A DNA stretch of 59,335 nt, taken from contig JAJLKL010000261.1 of NCBI GenBank assembly GCA_033838975.1, positions 1-59,335 of the forward strand, written 5' to 3'. The notes under the pieces were generated by a model that saw nothing but the letters and a program-made list of their open reading frames with translations, had not been told where the DNA came from and made no database searches. A program made the translations under genes and the position numbers. Each line of letters begins with the position of its first letter. Within the stretch, counting starts at the first letter, position 1. This DNA comes from Hymenobacteraceae bacterium. GTDB lineage: Bacteria; Bacteroidota; Bacteroidia; Cytophagales; Hymenobacteraceae. Below, piece after piece: positions 17,178 to 28,107 of this stretch.

Positions 17178-18968
17178 ATGGAAAACGCAACTAAAACAGC
17201 AACTATCAAAGGTGGGGAGTTTCTGATAAAGGAGACGAACCCACAGGATGTTTTTATACCTGCCGAATTTAACGAGGAGCAGCGTATGATGGCGCAAACC
17301 TGCCAGGATTTCGTACGCGACGAAGTATACCCGCTGCTGGACCGCCTGGATAACCACGAGGAAGGCCTGATGGAGAACCTGATGAAAAAAGCAGGGGAGC
17401 TGGGGCTTTTCGCGGTGTCTATTCCGGAGCAGTACGGCGGCCTGAACATGGACTTCAATACCTCTTTGCTGGTAACGGAGTCAGTAGGCGGCGGGCACTC
17501 TTTCCCGGTTGCCTTCGCGGCGCATACCGGTATCGGTACACTGCCTATCCTGTACTTCGGCACCGAGGAGCAGAAGAACAAGTACATTCCGAAGCTGGCA
17601 AGCGGAGAGCTGATGTCGGCTTACTGCTTGACGGAGCCAAACTCTGGTTCTGACGCACTGGCGGCTAAAACAAAAGCGGTACTGAACGAGGCTGGCACGC
17701 ACTACATCCTGAACGGGCAGAAAATGTGGATCACCAACGCCGGCTTTGCCGATGTGTTCGTGGTATTCGCACAGGTAGATGGTGATAAGTTTACCGGCTT
17801 TATCGTGGAGCGTGACTACAAAGGCGTGAGCCTGGGCAACGAGGAGCACAAGATGGGTATCAAGGGCTCTTCTACGCGCCAGGTATTCTTCGAGGACTGC
17901 GAAGTGCCGAAGGAGAACGTGCTGGGTGAGATCGGCAAAGGCCACCTGATCGCTTTTAATATTCTGAACATTGGCCGTATCAAACTGGGCGCTGCCACAC
18001 TGGGTGCCGCCAAGCATGTGGCTGACCTTTCGGTGAAGTATGCCAACGAGCGTCACCAGTTCAAGCTGCCTATCTCCAAGTTCGGAGCCATCCGCTATAA
18101 ACTGGCGGAGCAGGCCATTCGCATCTACGCTGTGGAGTCTGCGCTGTACCGTTGCGGCATGGACATCTACCGCATGGAGCAGGAACTGATGGCCGGCGGT
18201 GCGAATGAGAACGAAGCGCTGATGGGCGCAGCCCGCGAGTTTGCCGTAGAGGCTGCCATGCTGAAGGTAGAAGGCTCAGAGGTGCTGGATTACGTGGTGG
18301 ATGAAGGGGTGCAGATCTACGGTGGTTACGGCTTCTCTGCCGATTACCCAATGGACCGCGCTTACCGCGACTCCCGCATCAACCGCATCTTTGAGGGTAC
18401 CAACGAGATCAACCGCATGCTGACCGTGGACATGATCCTGAAAAAAGCCCTGAAAGGCGAATTGGACCTGATGGGGCCTGCCCAGGCGGTACAGCAGGAA
18501 CTGATGGCCATTCCGGACTTTGGTGCGGAAGAGGAAGGACTGTTTGCAGCCGAGCACAAGGCAATCAAGAACCTGAAGAAGGCGATTCTGATGACAGCCG
18601 GAACAGCGGTGCAGAAGTACATGAACTCCCTGGCTAAGGAGCAGGAGATCCTGATGAACATTGCCGACATGGCCATCAAGACCTACGTGGCGGAGTCTAC
18701 GCTGCTGCGTGTGGAGAAGCTGGTAAATATGAAGGGTGAAGATGCCGTTTCGAAGGAGATAGACATTGTGCGCGTGGTAGTAAGCGATGCGGTAGATACT
18801 GCCTTCAAGGCTGGTAAAGAGGCTATCGCTGCCATGGCAGAGGGTGATGAGCAGCGCCTGCTGTTCATGGGCCTGAAGCGCTTCACGAAGAAGGACCTCT
18901 TCAATACCAAAGAGGCGCGTCGTCGTATTGCAGCTGCAATGATTGACGCCAACGAATATGTTTACTAA
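17178..18968 (+). CDS. fadE: Acyl-CoA dehydrogenase (long, FadE/ACAD9-like)
   Basis: YCLTEPNSGSD, GQKMWITN, KMGIKGSST, GGYG, RDSRINRIFEGTNEI motifs. Confidence 0.93.
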   Translation: MENATKTATIKGGEFLIKETNPQDVFIPAEFNEEQRMMAQTCQDFVRDEVYPLLDRLDNHEEGLMENLMKKAGELGLFAVSIPEQYGGLNMDFNTSLLVTESVGGGHSFPVAFAAHTGIGTLPILYFGTEEQKNKYIPKLASGELMSAYCLTEPNSGSDALAAKTKAVLNEAGTHYILNGQKMWITNAGFADVFVVFAQVDGDKFTGFIVERDYKGVSLGNEEHKMGIKGSSTRQVFFEDCEVPKENVLGEIGKGHLIAFNILNIGRIKLGAATLGAAKHVADLSVKYANERHQFKLPISKFGAIRYKLAEQAIRIYAVESALYRCGMDIYRMEQELMAGGANENEALMGAAREFAVEAAMLKVEGSEVLDYVVDEGVQIYGGYGFSADYPMDRAYRDSRINRIFEGTNEINRMLTVDMILKKALKGELDLMGPAQAVQQELMAIPDFGAEEEGLFAAEHKAIKNLKKAILMTAGTAVQKYMNSLAKEQEILMNIADMAIKTYVAESTLLRVEKLVNMKGEDAVSKEIDIVRVVVSDAVDTAFKAGKEAIAAMAEGDEQRLLFMGLKRFTKKDLFNTKEARRRIAAAMIDANEYVY

Positions 18969-18988
18969 TTTCTGACCATTTATAGTTG

Positions 18989-19025
18989 AAGAGGCCTTCC
19001 CCTAAGGGGAAGGCCTCTTTTTTTT
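18989..19025 (+). terminator. Intrinsic terminator of the fad operon
   Basis: AAGAGGCCTTCCCC-TAA-GGGGAAGGCCTCTT followed by a T-run. Confidence 0.9.
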
Positions 19026-19149
19026 GCCTAAACTTAACCGCTGCTGCTGCAGTACACGTCGGGAAAGCTGAAAAAATAAGTGCAAAAGCACAAAGTAGGC
19101 TCAACTTTAACGTACTGTGAGATAGCACCTCAGGCAGCAGAAGCGTACT

Positions 19150-19881
19150 ATGAAAACAACTTGTCTAATTCCGTGCTATAACGAGCGTAACCGCGTAGGA
19201 GGGGTACTGAAAGTTATCACTAAAGTCAGGCAGATCACGCAGATTGTTTGTGTGGATGATGGCTCTACAGACGGTACGGCCGCATACATAAAAGAACACT
19301 GGCCTCAGGTGCAGGTACTACAACTCTTTAGCAACCAAGGGAAAACCGCCGCGATAAAACACGGCATGAAGGCGGTGCAACATGAGCTGGTGCTGCTCAT
19401 GGATGCCGACTTGCAGGAGCTAAGGCAGGAGGAGGTGACAGAGGCGATCAAAGCCTTCCAGGTGCACCGCCAGCTCGATATGATCATTCTCCGGCGCATG
19501 AAGTCGCCCTGGTTCGTGAAATTTTACAGAAGTGATGTGTTGCTGTCTGGGGAGCGGCTGTTGCTGAGGCAGGACCTGGAGCAGGTGCTGGCTCAGCGGG
19601 TACAGCGATACCAGCTGGAGGTGGCCATTAACCGTTACATGCTGCACCACAAAAAAGTAGTGCGCTGGATGCCCTGCTCAGCCCTCAACACCTATAAGCT
19701 GGAGAAATGGGGGGTGACAGACGGTGCCAGGCGAGAGCTGCAGATGTACCTGGAGATCGTGTACTTTGTAGGGTTTGTGCACATGGTGCAGCAGCTAACC
19801 TCTTTCCGGAAGAGGCTGCTGAGCCACAAAGCGAAAAGCGAGACACTAAGGCCCCGCTTCCTGCAGCAGTTCAGGCTATGA
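19150..19881 (+). CDS. Glycosyltransferase family 2
   Basis: IPCYNE, VDDGSTD, NQGK, MDADL motifs. Confidence 0.9.
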   Translation: MKTTCLIPCYNERNRVGGVLKVITKVRQITQIVCVDDGSTDGTAAYIKEHWPQVQVLQLFSNQGKTAAIKHGMKAVQHELVLLMDADLQELRQEEVTEAIKAFQVHRQLDMIILRRMKSPWFVKFYRSDVLLSGERLLLRQDLEQVLAQRVQRYQLEVAINRYMLHHKKVVRWMPCSALNTYKLEKWGVTDGARRELQMYLEIVYFVGFVHMVQQLTSFRKRLLSHKAKSETLRPRFLQQFRL

Positions 19882-19886
19882 CTGAC

Positions 19887-21350
19887 TTATTTGATCAGAA
19901 TACGGCTCAGTTTCAGCCCATCCGCTCTGCGGCTAGGCCTTACAACGGTCACAATGTCCTTGTCGGCGAGCCAGGCCGTAAAGTCTTTCACGTAAGCCAG
20001 GTTCTTGTCATTCGCTACGTTCAGGCCTATTGCACGTGGCGTAGCGGCTTCTCCGTTACGGGTATTTATCTGGCGAAGGTACAGGTCGTGTTTCCCGTCA
20101 AGCTCCTCTAGTGTTAGTAGGTTTAAGGTGCTGCCGTTCAGGTAGGAGCTGTAGGATATACCTGAAAACGCTTCATCGGCAGGTGCCTGCTGATGCTTCA
20201 TCAGTACGGAGTTCCAGTCGGTGCCCATGTATTCGTCATAAGCAAACAGGTGTAACTCCCGCGCAAAGTAGGGGGCGCTCTCCCCGCCCTCTGTATACTT
20301 TTTCTCCGCGATCACCACCAGCTTCCTCTCGGGGCTCAGCAGTAGGTCTGTCAGGTAAATGTCCTCCAGGCGGCCCGGCTTAGGGTTGCTGCTTTTGTCC
20401 AGCGCGTTTATCTTGGAAAGGTATTCTGGTGTAAACCTGAATTCTTCGGCGAACACCATGTCCTCATGCTCAAAATCGAATTTCACAGCTTTGAGGCTAT
20501 AGTACTTGCCCGTTTCCTCGTTGGCTGTCAGTACGGCTCCATACAGCAGCCCTTCTGGCATCAGCCTGAAGCGTGAGTCCAGGATGTATACCTTCTCGCC
20601 ATCGAACACGCCGCCAACCAGCACCGACATCACCCGTGCCTCTGTACCTCCGGGGCTGTACTCGCGGGTAGTGAGGCGGTTCATGTTGTCTGAAATGAGG
20701 CTGATGTACTGTTTGCCGCCGTTGCTCACCTGCACATCCGCAGAAAGTATACCCACCACATCACTCAGGTCATACGCTGTTTCCTGCAGTTTCTGAAGCT
20801 TTCCGTCGTAGAGCACACCGCTGATGTGCTGTATCTGGTAATCAGGGTCGGTTTGGTAACGGTAAGCTAGCAGCCTGGAGCCGTCATGGGATGCAGCTAT
20901 ACCTGCTCTTCGTGCCTTTGCCGGCGCCTCTAAGAGGAGTACGCCTGCTTCCTTTTTACCTGAGCCAAGGTTAATAAGGTGTCCGTACAGCTGCTGGCTC
21001 TCCTGGCCGCTGTTGCGGTGCGTCACAACAATGGCGGCACCCTTGTTGGCGAAAAAGGTCTCTACTGTTTCAGAGTCCCTGAGCTTAAGCTCAGCCGTCC
21101 ACTGCTTCTTCAGGTCGCTGTTGTACCGTTCCACCTTATAGCTATCGGCAGTGCTCCGGCTCAGGATCACAAACTCACCCTGACCCACAGGAATGGTCTT
21201 ATGGGCAATGCGTTGGTTGTAGCGGTCCTCTCCTTTGTCGGGTATGTAGGTAAAGTCTACGGATGCCTTGGTTCTGGACTGCGCCTGGGCGAAATACGGC
21301 TGACAAAGCAGGTATAACAACACAAGAGATAGGTAGAGTAGCTTTTTCAC
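19887..21350 (-). CDS. Secreted hypothetical protein, beta-rich
   Basis: GTG start, MKKLLY..AQAQ signal peptide; 487 aa. Confidence 0.8.
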   Translation of the reverse strand: MKKLLYLSLVLLYLLCQPYFAQAQSRTKASVDFTYIPDKGEDRYNQRIAHKTIPVGQGEFVILSRSTADSYKVERYNSDLKKQWTAELKLRDSETVETFFANKGAAIVVTHRNSGQESQQLYGHLINLGSGKKEAGVLLLEAPAKARRAGIAASHDGSRLLAYRYQTDPDYQIQHISGVLYDGKLQKLQETAYDLSDVVGILSADVQVSNGGKQYISLISDNMNRLTTREYSPGGTEARVMSVLVGGVFDGEKVYILDSRFRLMPEGLLYGAVLTANEETGKYYSLKAVKFDFEHEDMVFAEEFRFTPEYLSKINALDKSSNPKPGRLEDIYLTDLLLSPERKLVVIAEKKYTEGGESAPYFARELHLFAYDEYMGTDWNSVLMKHQQAPADEAFSGISYSSYLNGSTLNLLTLEELDGKHDLYLRQINTRNGEAATPRAIGLNVANDKNLAYVKDFTAWLADKDIVTVVRPSRRADGLKLSRILIK

Positions 21351-21651
21351 AGGTATGATTTCGGGTGGTTATAAGGTATAAATTTAGGCGAAGCTGCTGA
21401 ATATACATGCACGAGAGCCTGCTGTTGTATAGCAAAACCCTATTGTTTCTCGTGGAACTTTGCACGTAGCCCCGGTGCCACCTATAACGCTTTTACCTTG
21501 AAGAATGATATAGGTGCGGTTCCCGTACTCGCGTGGCCACACCAGAATTTAGAATTAACAGACAAATAATATGACTGTTCACTTAAAAGGAGCGGATGTG
21601 CCGTAACTTGCAGCAGGCAAAGATGGTACTCTATACCAGAAACAATATAGT

Positions 21652-21852
21652 ATGAAGTTTTTACTGAAGATCCTTGTTTTGGTCGTACTGATGCTGATCA
21701 GTAAGCTGACAAGGGAGGATAAGGTAACAACTTCAACAATGAATAAAGCAGACGATACGGAAAGTTCTCTAACTTCTACCCTGGGGCAAGGGGAACCCTT
21801 CAACCAGGTGAAGTTAGCGGAAGACGAGAAGGCAAAAGCTATTTACCACTAA
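21652..21852 (+). CDS. Small membrane-anchored hypothetical protein
   Basis: 66 aa with hydrophobic N-terminus and A-rich upstream region. Confidence 0.55.
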   Translation: MKFLLKILVLVVLMLISKLTREDKVTTSTMNKADDTESSLTSTLGQGEPFNQVKLAEDEKAKAIYH

Positions 21853-22065
21853 AGTTCACAGCACGAATACGAGAACACATTTACGCTGATCAACCTTTAA
21901 TGTCCAAGCCGCCCATCCTTCACCGGAAGTAGGGTCAAAAGCATGCGTTAAGCGCCATGCCCTGTTCGAAAATTGTTGAGGTTTACTGTGAGAGCGCATC
22001 TTTCCTCCAGGCAAAAGGCGCATACTGCTCATTTCCTTCCTAGCTTGCCTTTGCAAAGCAGGCTA

Positions 22066-24165
22066 TCAGCTAATCCTGCTCCAGTTAACAGTGTTGGCAC
22101 TTAGCGACTGGATGTGCCGGCGAATGTTGGCGTTTTGTGGCTGCTCCAGTGGTGGGTCTGCCTGTAAGATACGCTGTGCTGCGGCGCGGGCTTCCTGTAG
22201 TATGGGGGCATCCTTTGCCAGGTCTGAAATGAGCAGGTCCAGCACCCCACTTTGCTGCGTACCCATCAAGTCTCCAGGACCACGCAATTTTAAGTCAATA
22301 TCGGCAATTTCAAAGCCGTTGTTGGTCCGTACCATCGTCTCCAGGCGCGTCTTGCTGTCCTTGCTCAGTTTGTACCCGGTCATAAGGATACAGTAGCTCT
22401 GATCAGCCCCGCGGCCTACGCGGCCCCTTAGCTGGTGCAGCTGAGCCAGCCCGAAGCGTTCGGCACTTTCTATCACCATCACCGAAGCATTCGGGACGTT
22501 TACGCCTACCTCAATTACCGTAGTGGCCACCATGATCTGGGTCTCGTTCTGCACGAAGCGCTGCATTTCGTAATCCTTGTCCTGCGGCTTCATTTTGCCA
22601 TGCACCATGCTCACCTTCAGTTCCGGGAAGGCTCTGCACACGCTCTCATAGCCATCCATCAGGTCTTTGTAGTTGTCCATCTGCTCCGACTCCTCAATGA
22701 GCGGGTACACGATGTAGGCCTGCCGCCCCAAGCCTATCTGGTCCCGGATGAACTGGAACACACGCAGCCGGTGGCTGTCGAAGCGGTGCGAGGTAATGAT
22801 TTCCTTACGGCCTGCCGGCAACTCGTCGATCACCGACACGTCTAGGTCTCCATACAGGGTCATAGCCAGGGTGCGGGGAATAGGCGTGGCCGTCATCACG
22901 AGCACGTGCGGAATCACACGCGGGTTCTTGCGCCATAGTTTGGAGCGCTGCTCCACCCCAAAGCGGTGCTGCTCATCTACAATGCACAGGCCCAGGTTAT
23001 GGAACTGCACCACGTCCTCCAGCAGGGCATGCGTCCCCACGATCATCTTCATCTCCCCGGAGCGCAGTTGCTCGTGCAGTTCCCGCCGCTCTTTGGCTTT
23101 GGTGGACCCGGTGAGCTTGCCGATGTTAATGCCCAGGCTGTCGGCAAACTTCTTTAGCCCCACATAATGCTGGTCTGCCAGAATCTCGGTAGGGGCCATC
23201 AGCACCGACTGTGCCCCGTTGTCGGCGGCGATGAGCATGGTGATAAAGGCCACAATGGTTTTGCCCGAGCCCACATCTCCCTGCAGCAGGCGGTTCATTT
23301 GCTTGCCTGAGGTAAGGTCGCCATAGATTTCTTTCACCACCCGCTTCTGCGCATTGGTCAGGTCAAAGGTGAGGTGATTCTTATAGAAGTCGGTGAGGGT
23401 CGGGACGTGCTTAAAGGCCTGCCCTTTGAGGTCGGCTTTGCGCACCACCTTCTGGCGGAACAGCCGCAGCTGTATGTAGAAGAGCTCCTCGAACTTCAGC
23501 CGGAACTTCGCCTTGTTGTACTTTTCCACCGTCTCGGGGAAATGTATGTTGATAAGGGCACTGCGCTTATCGATCAGGCGGTAATGGTCAATCAGTTCCG
23601 GCGACAGCGACTCCTGAATATTGGGGGCAGCCACCTTCAACAGCATTTCCATCATTTTGCTGATGACCTTGCTGTCGATGCGATGCGCTTTCAGTTTTTC
23701 TGTGGTATGGTACACGGGTTGCAGGAAGGCCGTGGTCTGCTTCTCCTCGGCCAGCTCCTCCAGCTCCGGATGCGCCATGCTGAACTTGCCGTTGAATGCA
23801 GTGGGCTTGCCGAAGACGATGTAGTCGGTATGGTTCTTCAGCGTTTTCTGCATCCACTTCACGCCCTTAAACCACACCAGCTCCAGCTGATCACCGTTCT
23901 CATCCACCAGCGTAGCGGCTAAACGCTGCTTGCGGCCCTCGCCAATCACTTCCTTTCCACGGACCCGCCCACGTACCTGCACGTAGGGCATGCTTTCGTC
24001 TAGTTCCGCAATCTTGTAGAACTGTGTGCGGTCGAGGTAGCGGAAAGGGTAGTGCTGGATAAGATCCCCATAGGTGAAGATCTGCAACTCTTTCTGCAGC
24101 AGCTCCGCCCGCATCGGCCCCACGCCCTTCAGGAATTCTATTTTCGTGTTGAAGAAGTTACTCAC
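22066..24165 (-). CDS. recG: ATP-dependent DNA helicase RecG
   Basis: QGDVGSGKT, DEQHRFG, MTATPIPRT, QLHQLRGRVGRG, DL.LRGPG motifs; probable GTG start at 24165 downstream of a -7 box at 24211-24218. Confidence 0.96.
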   Translation of the reverse strand: MSNFFNTKIEFLKGVGPMRAELLQKELQIFTYGDLIQHYPFRYLDRTQFYKIAELDESMPYVQVRGRVRGKEVIGEGRKQRLAATLVDENGDQLELVWFKGVKWMQKTLKNHTDYIVFGKPTAFNGKFSMAHPELEELAEEKQTTAFLQPVYHTTEKLKAHRIDSKVISKMMEMLLKVAAPNIQESLSPELIDHYRLIDKRSALINIHFPETVEKYNKAKFRLKFEELFYIQLRLFRQKVVRKADLKGQAFKHVPTLTDFYKNHLTFDLTNAQKRVVKEIYGDLTSGKQMNRLLQGDVGSGKTIVAFITMLIAADNGAQSVLMAPTEILADQHYVGLKKFADSLGINIGKLTGSTKAKERRELHEQLRSGEMKMIVGTHALLEDVVQFHNLGLCIVDEQHRFGVEQRSKLWRKNPRVIPHVLVMTATPIPRTLAMTLYGDLDVSVIDELPAGRKEIITSHRFDSHRLRVFQFIRDQIGLGRQAYIVYPLIEESEQMDNYKDLMDGYESVCRAFPELKVSMVHGKMKPQDKDYEMQRFVQNETQIMVATTVIEVGVNVPNASVMVIESAERFGLAQLHQLRGRVGRGADQSYCILMTGYKLSKDSKTRLETMVRTNNGFEIADIDLKLRGPGDLMGTQQSGVLDLLISDLAKDAPILQEARAAAQRILQADPPLEQPQNANIRRHIQSLSANTVNWSRIS

Positions 24166-24221
24166 AGTCTTTGGCTTGCTTTCGGGTGAATGTTTGGCAA
24201 GTACAGCATACAAAAATAAGC

Positions 24222-24258
24222 AAAAGCCCCGACAGGTGTAAACGCTGGCGGGGCTTTA
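24222..24258 (-). terminator. Intrinsic terminator downstream of gldD
   Basis: AAAAGCCCCG...CGGGGCTTTT hairpin. Confidence 0.7.
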
Positions 24259-24307
24259 TACTTGACTTGGTGTTTATTCTGAGTCAGGATTCACAGAGTC
24301 GAAGAGT

Positions 24308-24425
24308 TGAACTAGACTTCTATTCCATCGCGCAAGCGTGCGCTGGTGCCAGAATTTGATTTTTGCCAGAGCTGAGATAGCCACAAGCGGATGCTTGCGC
24401 TCTAAGAATTTCCCTTTCTAGTTCA
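24308..24425. repeat. Nested inverted repeat, REP-doublet/MITE-like
   Basis: Outer perfect 9-bp IR TGAACTAGA/TCTAGTTCA; inner 21-bp IR GCGCAAGCGTGCGCTGGTGCC (24330-24350) vs GCCACAAGCGGATGCTTGCGC (24380-24400), 17/21 match. Confidence 0.65.
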
Positions 24426-24461
24426 TTAGACCCTCACAGAAGCCTGGTATGCTGCGAGGCA

Positions 24462-25085
24462 TTACTTATTCTCCCTCCACTTCAAGGTATTCAGCAGGTG
24501 CACGATGTCCTTTTTCACAAACTCGATCACCGGGGCCAGCGAATCGTTCTGGGTGGCGGTTCTGAAGTACAAAGCGCCGCGCAGAAAGTGATCTGTAGAG
24601 TCAGTCACATAGAACTGAAACTGGCTAGGAACCTCGCCCTCCAGTTCAAACACAGAGGCTACATCACCCGCGGGTGTGCGTACTTCCGTTTCCTCAATCG
24701 CATAAGCTTTGATCTGGTGCTTGGAGGTCAGTTTACGTGCGTCCTCCACCAGGTCATTCAGCATCTGCTGGCTGTTGTTGATGTCTTTGTACGTGAGCTG
24801 CACGTTGGCGCCCAGGCTGGGGTAAATGATGTTGATCCAGTGCGGCTGCGCGATACCTGACGAGTCTGGGCGTATCTTGGCGTGCTTCGAGACCTCAAAG
24901 GTATACGGGTGCTCCTCCTGCAGTTGCTGGTATGTTTGCAAAGGCAGGTCGATACGGTTGTAGCCCTTTGGCTTAGGCGTATACTCTGCACTACAGGCTA
25001 CCATGGCGGCGGCCATGCTGAACCACAAAAATGCTTTCAGCTTAGCCAACTTTGTAGTAGTGTTCTTTTTTACTTGCGACATCAA
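24462..25085 (-). CDS. gldD: Gliding motility lipoprotein GldD
   Basis: Lipobox [38 protein letters not shown] motifs; adjacent to gldE. Confidence 0.92.
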   Translation of the reverse strand: MMSQVKKNTTTKLAKLKAFLWFSMAAAMVACSAEYTPKPKGYNRIDLPLQTYQQLQEEHPYTFEVSKHAKIRPDSSGIAQPHWINIIYPSLGANVQLTYKDINNSQQMLNDLVEDARKLTSKHQIKAYAIEETEVRTPAGDVASVFELEGEVPSQFQFYVTDSTDHFLRGALYFRTATQNDSLAPVIEFVKKDIVHLLNTLKWRENK

Positions 25086-26412
25086 TTTTAATTCGTTTTA
25101 CCCGCTTGGAGTCTGCCGACTCTACGGTGAAGTGGAAGCGACCGTAAGTTGCCTCTTCGCCTACCTTCGGAATGCGTGAGAACAACGCCAGCATCAGACC
25201 AGCCACCGTTTCATTCTCCCCCTTCACCTCATTGAAGGCATCAAAAGGCACCTCCGCTATCTTACAAAAATCGTGCAGAGAGGTCTTCCCGTCAAAGATA
25301 AAGGTATTTTCGTCGAGTTGGGAGTAGATGATGTCATCGTCATCATCAAACTCGTCGTTGATTTCGCCCACGATCTCCTCCACAATATCCTCCAGCGTTA
25401 ATAGTCCTGAGGTGGCGCCGTACTCATTCACGACGATCGCCATGTGGACTTTTTTCTCCTTAAAGTCCTGGAAGAGGTCGGCGATGCGTTTGGTCTCGGG
25501 TACGTAAAAAGGCTGGCGTACCAGTTCCTGCCACCTGAAGTCGGGTCCTTCGCCCAGGTATGGGAGGAGGTCCTTTATGTAAAGAATGCCCTCAATCTTA
25601 TCGGTGTTCTCGGTGTATACAGGTATACGTGAGTACCCCCACTTCACGATTTCCGGCAGGAGTTGAGGGAGTGTCATGCGCTTGTTGAAAGCCACGATAT
25701 CCATGCGCGGGCGCATGATCTGCTTCACTGAGATAGAGCCGAAGTTTACCACGCCCCGAAGAATTTTTCGTTCCTCCGGAGAAGTGTCCTCATTCACAAG
25801 GGCCACATCCAGGCTGTGGTGCAGCTCTTCAATAGTGTGGTTATAGCCCCGGATCATGTAGTGCTTTTCGATGTAGTCCCCGATGGCCATCATGGGCCAG
25901 GAAACCGGCTTTACCAGCCTCTGCAGGCTCCTTAAAAAGGGTGCCATGCGGCTGGCAATTACTATCCGCTGCTTCTGTACATAAACCTTTGGCAGTACCT
26001 CCCCGCAGAACACAATGAAGAAGGTGGCAAACAGCATGCAGGCCACCATAGCCCCGACAGACAGGGCGGTAGTGCCAAACAGCTGCCAGGCCACATAAGC
26101 AAAAAGTGTTATGATGCCGACATTGATGCCGTTGTTGAGGATAAGGATTGTGGTGAGAAGCTTTCGGGGGGTTTGCAGGAGGAAGTGCACACTGCGCTCA
26201 GCGGAAGACTGGCTGGATTTGCATTTCTCCAACTCCTGCTCCGTCAGAGAGAAGAATGCTGCCTCTGCCCCCGATACGAAGGCAGAGAGCAGCAATAAGA
26301 TAAAGCCAGCAAGAATTGCTGCTAGATATTCAAACCTGAGTTCGGTAAGTGAACTTTGTAAGAGTTGAAGTAAACTATAACTCAGGGGGTCTCCGGGATC
26401 TATACTTTCCAA
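25042..26412 (-). CDS. gldE: Gliding motility-associated CNNM/CBS/CorC protein GldE
   Basis: [49 protein letters not shown] motifs; ssb-gldE-gldD synteny; TTG start. Confidence 0.9.
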   Translation of the reverse strand: MESIDPGDPLSYSLLQLLQSSLTELRFEYLAAILAGFILLLLSAFVSGAEAAFFSLTEQELEKCKSSQSSAERSVHFLLQTPRKLLTTILILNNGINVGIITLFAYVAWQLFGTTALSVGAMVACMLFATFFIVFCGEVLPKVYVQKQRIVIASRMAPFLRSLQRLVKPVSWPMMAIGDYIEKHYMIRGYNHTIEELHHSLDVALVNEDTSPEERKILRGVVNFGSISVKQIMRPRMDIVAFNKRMTLPQLLPEIVKWGYSRIPVYTENTDKIEGILYIKDLLPYLGEGPDFRWQELVRQPFYVPETKRIADLFQDFKEKKVHMAIVVNEYGATSGLLTLEDIVEEIVGEINDEFDDDDDIIYSQLDENTFIFDGKTSLHDFCKIAEVPFDAFNEVKGENETVAGLMLALFSRIPKVGEEATYGRFHFTVESADSKRVKRIKIDVASKKEHYYKVG

Positions 26413-26438
26413 AATTGCTCCGTTAAGTGAAACATAGG

Positions 26439-26897
26439 TTAGAACGGCAGGTCATCCGGCTCGTCGTTCTGAGAGGCTGATGCGCCGCCTGTGTTGCCAC
26501 CTCCGTAGCTGCTGCCTGCGGAAGATGAAGCACTTTCCTGGTAGTTGCCGCCGCCTCCGTTCTCGCTGCGGCCGCCCAGCATAGTCATGTTGTCCGCCAC
26601 GATCTCGGTGCTGTAACGCTGAATGCCGTCTTTGTCCTGGTAGTTATTCGTTCTGATCTTGCCTTCGATGAAGACAGCCTGCCCTTTTCTAAGGTACTTT
26701 TCAGCCACTTCGGCTAAACCGCGCCACAGTACGATATTATGCCATTCGGTGCGCTCCTGGCGCTGGCCGCTTTTATCTTTAAATGTCTCAGAAGTAGCGA
26801 TTGGGAAGCGGGCAACGGCCACTCCACCTTCCAGGTGACGTACTTCCGGGTCCTTTCCTAAGTTCCCGATCAGGATTACTTTGTTTACACTTGCCAT
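26439..26897 (-). CDS. ssb: Single-stranded DNA-binding protein
   Basis: [19 protein letters not shown], acidic DDLPF tail. Confidence 0.97.
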   Translation of the reverse strand: MASVNKVILIGNLGKDPEVRHLEGGVAVARFPIATSETFKDKSGQRQERTEWHNIVLWRGLAEVAEKYLRKGQAVFIEGKIRTNNYQDKDGIQRYSTEIVADNMTMLGGRSENGGGGNYQESASSSAGSSYGGGNTGGASASQNDEPDDLPF

Positions 26898-27015
26898 TTG
26901 TGCGTTTTTTTCGTTCAGGTTACAAATTTACATGTTTGCAGGTAGCTTTATGCCTCGTCTGCAAACATGCGCTTTGCCAGACTTACATAATGCTTTTCCC
27001 TGCTAAAAGGTTCAG

Positions 27016-28107
27016 CTATAAATGTACTAAAATCTTAGCATCTTTCAAATAGCTGTTGATAAGCACCGGCTTAGGCAGTGCCTCTATCTGTTCAACGTTG
27101 AAAGGAGCTAATCTTGTTTCCTTTAGTACCTCCTCTTTTAAACGGGATTTTAGCCTTATCTGATAAAAATGAGCCATGATTTTCTGGTGGCTCAGGATGT
27201 GCTTATACTCTTTAGGGGACAGCTGTAGCTGCACAGCCGCCACCTCTACACCCGCCTGCTGTAACTCGGTTAGCAGGACATCCGTGCTGAGTTTCTTTTC
27301 CTCGCTTTCGTAGAGGTAAAAGTCATACAGGCCCTGCCAGATGTCTCCCTCCAGTCTTTTGCGCATGTAATACAGGCCCTCATGCTCAAGCACCACATAA
27401 TGAAAGTAGCGGGGCCGTGCCGCCCTGGCCTTTGATTTTACAGGCAGCTCCTGCACCATGCCGTGGCTGAAAGCAAAACAGGTCTGCTGTAACGGACAGA
27501 ACAGGCAGTCCGGCATTACAGGCGTGCACTGGATAGCGCCGAACTCCATGATGGCCTGGTTGTAGGTGTCCGGCGCCCCGGCCGGTACCAGTTCATCGGC
27601 CAGCTTTTGGAACACTTTACGGGAGGCGGGCGCAGCAATATCATCGGAAATGCCGAAAACACGGGCCAGCACCCGGAACACGTTTCCATCCAGCACTGCC
27701 ACCTGCTCCCGGAAAGCAAAGGAGGCGATAGCAGCGGCGGTATAACTGCCCACTCCCTTTAGCTTCAGCAGCTCGGTATAGGAGCGGGGAAACTGGCCGC
27801 CGTATTTCTCCACCACCAGCTGGGCGGTGTGGTGCATGTTTCTGGCCCTGGAGTAGTAGCCTAAGCCTTGCCACAGGCGAAGCACCTCATCCTGTGGCGC
27901 CGCGGCCAAATCCTCTACGGTAGGGTAGGCCTCCACAAATTTCAGGTAATAAGGCAGCCCCTGCGCCACGCGCGTCTGTTGCAGGATAACTTCGGATAGC
28001 CAGATGTAATACGGGTTGGTGGTGTCGCGCCAGGGGAGGCTGCGCTTGTGCTGGTCGTACCAGCGCAGGAGGGTATGAGCGAAATGCCCGTGAGGCTTTG
28101 GTTGCAT
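27016..28107 (-). CDS. mutY: A/G-specific adenine glycosylase
   Basis: LPWR, WLSEVILQQT, WQGLGYYSRARN, HhH (LKGVG.YT), DGNV.RV, C-X6-C-X2-C-X5-C cluster; start set at MQPKPH. Confidence 0.95.
   Translation of the reverse strand: MQPKPHGHFAHTLLRWYDQHKRSLPWRDTTNPYYIWLSEVILQQTRVAQGLPYYLKFVEAYPTVEDLAAAPQDEVLRLWQGLGYYSRARNMHHTAQLVVEKYGGQFPRSYTELLKLKGVGSYTAAAIASFAFREQVAVLDGNVFRVLARVFGISDDIAAPASRKVFQKLADELVPAGAPDTYNQAIMEFGAIQCTPVMPDCLFCPLQQTCFAFSHGMVQELPVKSKARAARPRYFHYVVLEHEGLYYMRKRLEGDIWQGLYDFYLYESEEKKLSTDVLLTELQQAGVEVAAVQLQLSPKEYKHILSHQKIMAHFYQIRLKSRLKEEVLKETRLAPFNVEQIEALPKPVLINSYLKDAKILVHL

Noticed and set aside
21853-22065. Possible sRNA or 66-aa ORF downstream of recG
   Set aside because: No recognisable RNA family, strong hairpin or coding signal.
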